A stretch of 64,000 bases of DNA from the human T2T-CHM13v2.0 reference genome, Homo sapiens, in the NCBI RefSeq assembly GCF_009914755.1, contig NC_060930.1; one strand, given 5' to 3'. This document shows positions 1-11,478 of the stretch, piece by piece. The stretch's first letter is position 1; the number at the start of each line of letters is the position of its first letter. Both the position numbers and the translations under genes were made by a program. The notes beneath the pieces were generated by a model, which ran no database searches, was not told the DNA's origin, and saw nothing but the letters and a program-made list of their open reading frames with translations.

Positions 1-3000
1 GAGGAAATCAACAGATGGTCGTTGTAGTAATACAAGTGAGAGGTAACAAGGGCTGGAACTAGAACTGAGGCTTCAAGAATGTTAGTATGTCCCCTCAGCC
101 TCCCTCAACTGGAATTTTCAGAGAACCGGCAATCAGTGATATAACCACTAGCACAGGTGTGCATGCCCTTGCAAAACTAGTATCAGAGGAGAAAGGAAGA
201 AACTTTACAGCATACTTCCATTCTCTGGAAAAAGATGGTTGAGAAGAGGCAGAAAGAAGAAAATAGTATAGAACAATGATCCCTAAAATTAGATTATGTA
301 AAGTAACTTCATAGAATGTTGGAAGAAAATGTCTATTTATATTTACATTTCATCTTAAAAGAGGAGGAAATTACCTTTACTAACATTTACTACAGACTGA
401 CACTGCTACCATCTCTCCAGTGACATCGACATCGTTTGCATCTTCTCACGATCTGTAGCTTAGGTGACCCAAGGGCAGAGTGGAAGTCCCAACAGTTCCC
501 ACACTCTTTGGGTTGCTTTTAGCATGCAGCAAACCGAAGTTTATTTATGTCAAGTTGGGTGAATGTACAGATTTTTATTAACTCTTCTGAATTAAATAAT
601 CTTTACAAAAAAAAAAAAGGCTTAAACAGATCCCTGCAACAGAACCGTGGATTTAAGATGTTTATAATGCAAGAAACAAACAAGCAATAAGAAAAATGGC
701 AGAGACAACGCTTCTCCTAGAACAAAGGAGTTAAATATCAGGCGTTAAACCAGAGAGAATCTCATCTGATTTGGCAAAACTCAGCCACACCAGGAGTTAA
801 ACCAGAAAGAGTCTCATCTGATTTGGCAAAAACTTGGCCAAAATAATTATGAAGACTATTTGAACTAAGGATGTACACCAATGTTGTTAGGATAAATTTT
901 AAGATTAGAGTGAGCCCTGAGAAATTAGCTAATGATAAAATATGTGCAAATAATATCTTGGGATAAATTAATATATATATATATGGGGGTGTTTGCACAG
1001 AAAAACTTTTACTGATAAGAAGATGCCAACCAAGAAGTCTAGAGGCCATTGGCATAGAAGTTGGAGTCTAAGGCTGTGGGAACTACATTTCCTAGTCTTT
1101 GCGCTGGGGCAAAAATAACTGTACTTTAAGATTAGTAACATTCTAAAAGAATGTTTTATTTTTATTTGGGGGAAATTGTTGAAAACTTCTTAACCTCTAT
1201 TTTATTTTCTTCTCTGTTAAAGTCTTTTAATTTGCAATAATGAAGTATGATAAAAATGTGGGTAAACTAATATTATTCCCTTAACACACTTTGCTTTACA
1301 TATATTCTTAACTTAGCACATGAGAAGTAGTAGCAAGAAAAAAAAGAAACCTATTTTTGTTATACTTCACCCTAGCTAGACACTCAACATCTACATAGAC
1401 GTTAAGAGTTACATAAAATCAACCAAAGTTGCAGAGTTTGGTAGGTTAAGTCAGATATTTCAAATAGTCATACAAACTATTTCCTGCCCAAACACCTTGT
1501 CCTTTACTCTACTGACTTCCAAGCAGATTTTGGTAACTGACAAGTCCATCCTCAACATGCCTGAAAGGACCTTAGTTACTAAAGTATTATACTAAAAGAC
1601 AAAGCTCAAGTGTCTTTGCCTTCTTTGTGGGACCCCAGTGGCAGTGGCATCAGACATACACAGACAAGCAGGCATGGCAAATGTACTGTTTGGTGGTATC
1701 AGATCACCATTTAACAATAAAAACACACATTTCAAAGCACCTTGTCAAAAAGGAATAGATAACTGTATCTCATTACAATTTCCCTTACTACAAATACGGA
1801 AAGCAACTTTTAAAATGATCCAAAAAAGGAAACAAGATCCTTTCTTCTCCTCCGCCTCCTTTTCATTTTACAGGTCAATCCCGGACAGCCATGGGGGCAC
1901 TTCCCAAACTCTCCCACCTATATCCGAGACTTGGCCAGGCCCATCTACTTCTGCACGGATGTCAAAGAGGACAGTCCACTATTTCCAAAGAAGGTAGCAG
2001 TACATGCGAATTAGGAGCTTTGATTTTTAAAACAAAAAAAGTCCACGATTCAACTTCCCTAATGCTTAAGATTCAATTTTTCCAATTAAGATTTTTAGAG
2101 TTGAGATTCACTGTAGTGTTCTTTTTTTTAAAGAAAAAAAAAAAAAAAAAAACGAAAAAAAGAAAGAGAAAAAGAAAAGAGAAGGAATGTGTGTAGGGTG
2201 GGGAAGAGGTTTCTGTTACATTAACTGAAACTTACAGGACACTAGAGAAGTCAGCCTGAGGCTCTAGGACTATTAGCACAAGAGGAAAGAAATGAGTAGG
2301 CATCATGTCAAAGTTTGAAAAGCTCACCTGGGGCAAATACTGACAACTGGGAGCAGTTCCTTAAGACTTCTCTTATTTTAAACCACTTATCTTTTCCAAA
2401 AAGCTTATTTTACTACTTAAAAAGAAAAACCCCTAGCTCTTTCGGAGGGGTAGCATAGAAACAGACTGAGATAAAAATCATTGCCTTAAATTTGTCTTTG
2501 AAGTGGAAATGTGATCATATGCAAAGCACTAAAGGAATAAAAACAATTTCAATTGCCTTCTAAGATGACATGTTAATAATCAAATGCATGAACTAAATAG
2601 CATGTGATCTCATAGGTTAGAATTCCCCTTCTCATCAAGGGCTCCCACCTGAGACCCATGCCTGGACAAAGAAGGGATTACTATTGCTTAAAAATAGCAC
2701 CTAATTTATGCCAATAGAAACTCCAGGCTCTTCAGTGTTGGCCTCCACTGAAAAGGCCAAGAAAGAAAAATGTAATAATGTTCCCTTGAATCTGAACACC
2801 ATCAGTGACATTTGCTACAGCAAATCCACAAAGTTATGCAGAATGTTGGGACCCTCATACCTAAAGTTACAACCTGCCATCCTTCTGAGGATATCTGATA
2901 CTATTTTCATATTCAGGAAAATTTTACAATTTGACTTTTAAATGTACAGAGGCCAGAAGAATACTACTATATTACCTTAATTAAATCTGTAATCCTGCCA

Positions 3001-3519
3001 CACATCCCTTGCTTTTTAGTGACTTATTAACTGATTCCCTCTTGAAGAGGGGAGGGCAGGAACCTTATAGTTTCATGTCACTTACAATGGCTGGTGCATG
3101 GCTAATACTTATTAGAAATATTTGTTGAAAGAGTGGTTAACATTATTATAACTCCCTGTTTTTGATGTCCCCCAAATTTACCCTATTTGTTTCTTAGTAA
3201 ACATATATCATACATATAACCTTTATTTAAAACAAATAATAGAAGAAGTTCACTTTAAATAATCAGGTATTCCATATATTCAAGTGAATATGTTTTATTA
3301 AATGCATACTAATATCTTTCTATAGTATGTGAGTACACATAATAAATTAAAATGTATATATTTATTAAATATAGATAGATATAATACCAGAACATGATTA
3401 TTTCAGATGAGAAATCAAAATAAACCCATTTTTAAGTATCTTTTGGTCACTCCAAATTGATATTGCTCATAAAAAAATACACTAGTTTTCCCTGGGGAAA
3501 AAAAATTAATTCCATAGCA

Positions 3520-4287
3520 ATGCAGTTAAGGGACGTGTTTTATTTCATAGCTTTCTGCAAGCAAAATTGCTCTGATACAAAATGAGTTCAATGATACAGG
3601 TGCTACTGTCCACTCAAGCAAAAGAAAACCTCACATGTATATGAACGCACTTTATACTTATATTCTTACAGTATAATAGGTCTAATATCCAGGATGCCTC
3701 TGGCCTCATTGAAAGCAATGGCAGAGAAATGCTGCAAGGTACTTGAATATCATAGTACTGGCAAGTGCTTGAAGTAACTTCCTGTGAGTTCTCTGTCAGA
3801 TACTGCAAAGACTGCGTGTGGGTGTGTTTGTCTTTTTGTCTTCCATCTTTTGGTTTACATTTAAATCATCTCAAAAAATATCCCCTGCATGTATCATTCA
3901 GCTTCTCAGAGTTTCCATAAAAACAGGAAAATGTCATGAGGTATCCCTAACGTCAGGGATTGATGTAGTGCTGTGGCTGTCAGAGAGGATGTAGACTTAC
4001 CTGTAGGTACAGTAACTGAGTTTAGTGTGTGCCCGGCACGTTACAGTGCAGAAATGTTAGTTCATGTTAAACTTTTCCTCCTCACATATGATGTGACTTT
4101 AACCCCAGAATATCTGACAAAAAAAATTATACAGATAAAATAAAAAGACAAATACACAAATAAGGCCATCTGCAGAATTTTAAACTCGCCTCTTGCAATA
4201 TTTCACAAGAATTTCTACACCATATTTTACATCGTTCAAACTTAAATAATAAATGCTCAAGGAAGGGCCTTGGTAGAACCAATTGCA
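3520..4287 (-). other. DST: DST 3' UTR (proximal poly(A) isoform; end position approximate)
   Basis: Runs from the stop to about 20 nt past the first AATAAA. Confidence 0.75.
3539..3544 (-). terminator. Polyadenylation signal AATAAA (further copies near 3361, 3294 and 3222)
   Basis: First minus-strand AATAAA after the stop, with a T-rich downstream element (plus-strand A-run near 3498-3505). Confidence 0.75.
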
Positions 4288-4550
4288 CTATCTCTTTGAG
4301 GACTTGTCCAATTTGCTGGCAGGTGATTTCCTCTGGGGCGTGGGGATTTTTGAAGGCTTCGCTGTGGATGGCCGAGAACCTGCTCGGGGTGTAGGTCTGT
4401 GTGTCTGGGGGACAGTTTCCACATCTGAGCACACGGACTGGATTTCTGAAATGTCAAAGTCTGATGCATCACTGCCTCGGCGGCTGCTGGCCCTGCTGCC
4501 AGCTTTGCTTCCAGCTCGACTTCCTGGTCGGCTGGGAGTCTTCTTGGAAT
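4288..4550 (-). CDS. DST: DST last coding exon: GSR repeats, SxIP (SKIP) EB-binding motif, TAG stop
   Basis: Overlaps ORF 4288..4602: [27 protein letters not shown]...PSKIPTP...SSKR*. Confidence 0.97.
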
Positions 4551-5413
4551 CTGAGGAAAGAAGGTAGAGACAGCTCACCCTTATTATTGGGTCCATCTGC
4601 AACTAATTTTTGAAACCCGATGCCACCTTTAATCTTAACTTTTTTTCCTGGTGTGTAGTAGGCACTCAGAAAACAGTTGTGGATTCACAGCCTTTCTCTA
4701 TTACACAAGGGTATGCAGGCTTACTCTAAGTAGACATAATATAGAAAAGGCTAGATTTCCAACTACAAGGTAAGTTTCGGCTTCCCCTACTTAAAACAGG
4801 ATTCCATTTATTGCAAACAGACATAAGGAATATACCTATCCTTTAAGATTGTGCTTTCTAAAGTTTAAATTATGCCTCCAGGGATGCGTGTGATGCAAAC
4901 ATAGAACAAACAAGACAGGTTTAAGTCTTGCCCAAGAATAGGTAACTCCAAGAATGTAGGAATTCAACAGATGAGATTGGAAACTTTAAAGAGGCTTCTT
5001 GCTTGCTGAGCTCAGAACCCAGAGATTAGTAGGTTCATTATTTTGCGAAGCAATGTGAGCTACACTGGTGTGAGGCTCAGTGTGGCTGGGTTCTTCCAAC
5101 CACCCCAAAACAGGGCCCTGTGCAATCGCTGAGCTGGCAGAAGAGCCAAAATCTTTCAGCTTGAAGGGGTAGAATACCACTGTATATTTTCCTCTGTTGT
5201 ACAGTAATTCTTTCATCTTTCTTGGACACTTTTAGACACTTGCACCCATGACTCACTTTATCCCCAACTTTTGGAGGACTGGGGCTACATATCATTTTAA
5301 GACTACCTCAGGGTCAATTTGTAATTTCTTCCCCAATGAGGAGGAAAAGGGACTTTAATCCTCAGATGACCATGCTGCAAAAGCCATTGAAAAAAGAAAG
5401 GCACCACACTCAC

Positions 5414-5537
5414 CAGCAAACTGTGTTCGGACTCTGGCAGCTGCAGTTGTTATCAAGCCACTGTCCTCCCCAGAGTGGAAGCCTTTCCCTGATAAATATC
5501 CTGGAAGTCGAAGCTTGCTTCCTTGTATTGGCGTTCC
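5414..5537 (-). CDS. DST: DST penultimate exon ([17 protein letters not shown]...RTQFA), 124 nt
   Basis: tacag acceptor, gtgagt donor, phase 0/1. Confidence 0.94.
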
Positions 5538-8328
5538 CTGTATTTAACCAGCAACAAGACATTTCAAAATATTGCTCCTGTACCATGATATTCCACTGAC
5601 ACCACTTCTTTACATATGGGTGGAAACTCTCTACTATTCCTCTTTAGGAGGTGAAGGGGGAGAAACTCTTCAATTAAATAAGGCATGGGGTTCTCACTTG
5701 ATTTTCTCTTCTAATTTCTCATTCTCTCTCAGAATTCAAAGAAACTTTCTAAACAATATGAATTCATGGTTGAAGAGAAAACAAAATGGAGACCCCCAAA
5801 ACTGAGCATAAAAGTGATGGCAAGGAGAAATAAATGGTGAGTATGTTAGTATCTTTCAGACTGTCAGTGAATATTCCAGAGTTAATGGTGTATTGCTAAA
5901 AAGATGGTGACTGCATGCATAGAGGGGGCATGGAGCAGAGAAAAACTGTGTCTGGATATTCTGCTGCCTCCATTGCTTTTATGGAGCCAGGCAGAGACAG
6001 ACACAGAATGATAAGTAAATAAATAATGGATACAGACATCATTTAAATAAACTTAACTGCAAAAAGAAAAAAAGTGATTTTTAAATAACTTGCTACCACA
6101 TCACTTCACTTCCTGGCTCTATCACTTCTACAGTCTTTACAGACAAAATACATAGGCAACATTTGGAGAAGTTTTTTTTTTACAATCTTTATATGAGTTT
6201 GTAGAGAATGTCTAAAACAATCATAAGTATGAGATTTTATTATACAATCATTGCACTTTTTCCAGATCACAACATTTAAAAAATTCTCCCAAAGTTAAAA
6301 AAAATAAACAAGTATCTTGAGGAACATAGGGAATGTAATATAATATTCCTCAATGAAAACACAGCCAGAGAACTATTTGGAGGAAATGCATTGAAACAAA
6401 TTACATGTATATTTTTAAACAACTGATTTTCCCTTTATTAGCTTAAAATGTTATAATCATCTGATACATGAGTTACTCTTATTAATATTAATAGTCATTT
6501 ATCTACATATGTGTATACTATACATACACTTAAGTGTAGTATCTATATGTGATTTGTATACATAGAATGTTCAAGTTTTCAAAATACTTTTACACACATA
6601 ACCACAATTAATCCTCACACTCACCTAATCATAACCTTGAAAATGTGAAAAATCAAGAGCCTGAGGAGGCACATGATTTGCCCAAGATCTGACAATGCTG
6701 ATCTAGCTAAATTCCTAACTTAAACAGAATCTCAACAACACGAGGGAGTGAGAAGCCACAAATTATGAAACATACCACTCAAGGTGGCAGAATTCATAAC
6801 CGTGAAAGACCAAAATCATTCTTCTCAGAATGCCTTGATTGTTTTGATTTTATTTCACAGTCCCTCCCATAGAAACATGTTGTTTTTTGGTTTTTTGTTT
6901 CATCACGTTATTTGAAATGAAACACAGTTTTGCACTAGTCAAAATAACTACTTAGACTTTGAGAGAGTTTCCACTTAAAAAAAATTTTGAACACAGCATC
7001 ATAGCCTTCAATATTTAAAGCAAATGTTAATATGTCCCTTGAGGTTGTTTGAACCTTTCTCTGTTTTTGCTATAATAGATCCATAATAATTGACAGACAT
7101 CTCTAGAGGTAATATATAATACTAACATCACCCAGTTGGTGGGAAGGGGTGGAAATGAGGGGCTTGGGAAAATGAGGAGGAAGAAATGAGGAAACGCTAA
7201 AGAATGGGTTGTTTTTGTTCCAATTCTCCCACTTCTCAGCAATGAGATTGCCATGGAGTCATGAAGGTAACACATTTTTTCTCTGCCTGTCACTTATTAT
7301 TAATGTGAGGATTAAGTAACAGACAAGAAAGTGTTTTGAAAAGCATAAGAGGGCTTTTAAAAGTTATTATATTACTTTTATTTGAGGATCCTGGCCTTTA
7401 AGTTACGTCCTTTATCATTAAGGTGAAATACCTTCTTCAATTTCAAGAAAAGGTATTTAGGGATTTTTCCCCACTAATTATTGGGATTCTAATAAAATAT
7501 CTGATTATTTTGTACCTATGTCTGTTGTTTCACAGTGAAATTTCTTAAAAAGATATACAGCTGATTTTCAATTGAATGTAAATGACCTGATACATGAGTT
7601 CATCTTGGCAAATTTTATATCACCTAAATATCTTCTCCCCATATATCATGCCGTATTAAAAAGTTAGAGCATGCTTAAATTAGTTATTAAAATCTTTAAA
7701 AAAAACCCATACATTTATTACCTGTTGAAAATGACAAATAACTTTCTGCATACCTAAGCCTACCCCTCTGACCCCCCTGCACTGATACTGAGAGCTTATG
7801 TCACACCTGCCCAAAGTTTTGGGGCAGGTATAAATGTAACAGACATCCAGAAGGACCATGCCCACAGTGAACATTCAGTAAACATTCTTTTCAGTGATGC
7901 TCTTGCAAATCATACTGCCTTTTACTCCCATTTGAAGGGAATGTGTTGCACTTCTTGCCCATATTATATCTAGTATATTTAGTAGCTTTAAAAGAAATTT
8001 TACTTAAGTCTGGCTATAACCTACTCTATGTTACTCTCCCAAGAGATAACAGTGGAACTAAGTACGAATGAGAACAAAAAGGAGGTAGTCTGCAGGAGTG
8101 ACTGGGTCAAATTGACACTGTTTAAAGAGCTGCAGACTATCTTTTCTGTTAACCCCTTACTCTCACATCTTCCAAGAACTGCTCGGTTGATACTTATCTT
8201 ATAGAAGTGTATAAAAAGACATAGGGTTAGCAAAGTACATATATTTAGGGAGTGGTGCAACGATGTTAGTGAGTGATAGCTTCAGTTAAAGGAGAATGTT
8301 AAGACTGGACTCTGGGGCCTTACAATAC

Positions 8329-8439
8329 CTCTGCAGATGGCACGGGAAAGTCTGAGCACTCTGCTGCTTTACAAGGAGTTGACATTTTGCTGTTTGTCAA
8401 CCATGGTTTACCATAATTGCGTGTTAAAGGATGGAGAAT
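8329..8439 (-). CDS. DST: DST 111-nt symmetric cassette exon (ILHPLTRNYGKPW...VPSAE)
   Basis: Overlaps ORF 8320..8514; catacag acceptor, gtattg donor, phase 0/0. Confidence 0.87.
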
Positions 8440-8847
8440 CTGTATGGAACAATGGCAAATCAAATGAAAAGGATAGCAGATAAAAAAAACAAAGCCACAG
8501 AAAGAGATATTCATAGCAAAGAGTCACATTTCACAGTAAGAATAATAATTTAAAATAAGTGAAAAGATCCAATGGCAAATCATACACACCAAAAAAATGA
8601 ATGAAGCTTTAAAAAGAAAAATCAATCTGGAAGATCACAAAGGCTTCCTAAATAGATCATCTCTATGTGGGCCACTAGGCAAAAGCATACATTCAAAAAA
8701 AAATTCCTGTATTTCCCACAGTATGAGAAGGTGCACAAATGGAGATAGCTGGTCCTACAAATTCTAGGGCCCTAAATAGAACATTCAAAAGTCTACTTGG
8801 GACATTGATTGCAAAGGTGGAGGAAAAGTCTTCATCCTGAGTCTTAC

Positions 8848-9047
8848 CTTGGGTGTGGTGGTGGCAGGGACCTGTGGGGAGGCCGCCTGCGCAGCCTGAC
8901 TGGACACAGAAGTGGATCTGTTGGGTGAAGCGCCTCGTGATGATGGCCGGGATCTTCGGCCTCGGGGTCGGAAAGCAGCCATACCCTGGCTGGCACCATC
9001 TGCTAAAATGAACTTCTCACGCAGTTCCATGTTTGTCCTTCCTTTGG
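8848..9047 (-). CDS. DST: DST coding exon ([13 protein letters not shown]...ATTTPK), 200 nt
   Basis: Overlaps ORF 8785..9231; gtaaga donor. Confidence 0.95.
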
Positions 9048-9967
9048 CTGGGTTATACACACACAACAATGCACACAAAGAAAAGACGGAAAAGAAGAGG
9101 CGCTCAATCGTTAATGGGAAGAACGGCCACCTGGCACCAGAGATCACGTTGAGAATTTCAAGAACATCTTTTTGCCATGCCAACTCCAACTCAGCATAAC
9201 AAAAAGTTAAATGCATTCCTTTACAATGCATTCCTTTTGGATACAGGTGAGTTCGGGGAGGAAAAAATAAAGTGTGCTTATTCTAACACTAGACACCAGC
9301 AAGAATAACCACTATTAAAGAAAGTGTCAGCATGAAAATGGAAAGCTCATGCTAAAATATCATTAATCCACCAGCTACAGATGCCCACATGGTTTCATTA
9401 CCCTCTCATCACACTGAGAAGACAGACCAGTAAGGCAGGGACTGTGTCTTTTGCATGTACTATTGAGGTAAAGAGAATGCCAGTATTTCAACATGGGGAT
9501 AAATTAAAGAATATAATTACACACAATGATTGATGGCTTGTTAGTCATGATGACAACATATAAACTTCTGGATTTTTCACTTAAATGAGGCAGCTAGTAT
9601 TTTTATTTTATGCCTTGAAAAACTGTTTTACCAACATGCAATAACAAACACCAGACCCAAGGATCTGTGAGGTAGTCAGTGATGCAGCACTCATACAAAC
9701 ACATACGCACACGGAGAACACTCCACAAGAACCCGGTGAGCAACGTGTTAGCATGTGTTTGATCACTTATAACACCTGCATGTGTAACACAACCAAAGTC
9801 ATCAAATTTTCAGAATTTAAATTTGGAAGCACCAGCTCAGCTGGATATGAGTTAAGCCATACGCGATGGATGAAGCATGTTATTTTAAAACAAATGACTG
9901 AAGCAAGAATGGAAAAGTAGGAAAGAGAAAAGGAAAGAGGGGAGAGGCAAAGAGAGAGGTTGCCAAC

Positions 9968-10039
9968 CTATAGTAGGCTGAGTAGTAGTAATTGAAGAGT
10001 TTGATTCCGAACGTAACATTTTACTCCCATGATGATGAA
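9968..10039 (-). CDS. DST: DST 72-nt symmetric cassette exon ([24 protein letters not shown])
   Basis: ttttttctag acceptor, gttggc donor, phase 1/1, no stop; matches my recollection of long dystonin isoforms. Confidence 0.85.
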   Translation of the reverse strand, partial: FIIMGVKCYVRNQTLQLLLLSLL

Positions 10040-11360
10040 CTAGAAAAAATGACACAGGATACCAATCACATTAAAGAATACTGTTAGCAGAAGAAGAAAC
10101 AAAGTACAGTAGTTGAATATGCAAAGGGTGCTCACATCTGGCCTTTAGCACACATTTTAGAAGAAAAGTTGCATCAGGAAAAGAAGCACTCAAGGGATTG
10201 GCTCAATAAGAAAAATGTATTTGGAAGACTGTGCCACAGCCATGCTAACCTTCCTAAGCAACCCAACAGAACACTATGTATTCTGATTTCTTCATAAATG
10301 GAGTTGCATTTTACCTTAGGCTACATTATTTTCAAAATATAAAACAAACAGGAGCTTTTGTTCTTGTTTTACTTCTCTCGCAGGTGTGTCTTTGGCCAGG
10401 AGAGAGCAGGGCTACTGTATAACATGTATAACAATCCATGGTGGCCTTGGTGGAGAAGCCTGATGACTGATATGTCTATGTGTACCAGATGGTGACACCA
10501 TCACCAAAACCAAGAGGCCCTACAGGAGGAAACCTGGGATCCCACTTGGTAGCTGAAGGAGACAGCACTGACGTGAACATTTGTTGTTTGCTAAAAAGGA
10601 TTACAGTGAGCTCACAGGTAAAAGAAAATTATAACAATTTTATTGTTTTTTTCTTGGGGGGGAAGAAAAATGGGCCTACTGAGTAATTGGTACCTAATTA
10701 GAAATTGCAATCAAATGACCACGTGTAACGTAAATTGGTTGAGAACTTAAAAATTGACAGAAGGATCTCAAAACAGAAAAATTAAAAGCTAACTTAGGAC
10801 TTGGGCTGGAAGATATGTAGAGAGCTATAGTATTATATGTTTATATTTTTAATGTTCTAATCTGCAACTTCAAAGAGTCAAGTTAGCATTGGATTATTAT
10901 TTAAAAATTTTTTAATTATGGCTTTCCTCACCTGCTCTTCATTTCATAAAAACTTTGACCTTTAAACTTTTATTATCCAGTATTTTCGGTCTTCATCACC
11001 TCAATTTTCTTTTCTCTTACTTTGCTATGTCATAACAGACAAAATCCTTTCCTTGGTTGGTATAATTGTTTGGAAAATCGTAGATGTAAAAGTCTCCTAA
11101 AGAAAATGGATTCTAGTATTTCCCGCCCACCATATTTATCCAGAAAAAGTAAAAAAAAAAAAAAAAAAGAAAGAAAAAAATGAGAAGAATATGGTTTACA
11201 TGACTGCCACAGGTTCTTTGGGAACTTTAGGCTGACAGACCAATGTGAAACATTCACTATTGGAATAAATGACCAAAATTATGCCCAGTATGTTTTGGTG
11301 CTGGATATAATATAAAATTGAAATACTTTCATGATGTTATCATGATAAGCATCTCCTTAC

Positions 11361-11478
11361 CCCTGCAAGGATCATTTTTCACTAAGAACTCATCAAGTGC
11401 CATCCATCCACCTCCAACACGAACCATCACAGTACTCCGCAGGATCCGGACCAGTCGCAGTTGCTGGGAGTCTCCAAA
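11361..11478 (-). CDS. DST: DST coding exon, GAR domain C-half ([39 protein letters not shown]), 118 nt
   Basis: VMVRVGGGW signature of GAS2/GAR; gtaagg donor. Confidence 0.97.

Noticed and set aside
726-834. CRISPR-like repeat-spacer pattern
   Set aside because: Only two units with a ~9-nt spacer, in human DNA with no cas genes
4283-4613. Plus-strand and alternative-frame ORFs over the last exon (also 8912..9199, 11318..11518, 17332..17523, 54794..55156)
   Set aside because: Antisense or shifted shadows of DST coding exons, with no recognisable protein features
7141-7168. Potential G-quadruplex
   Set aside because: One 9-nt loop, intronic, and not on the RNA-sense strand; a common motif
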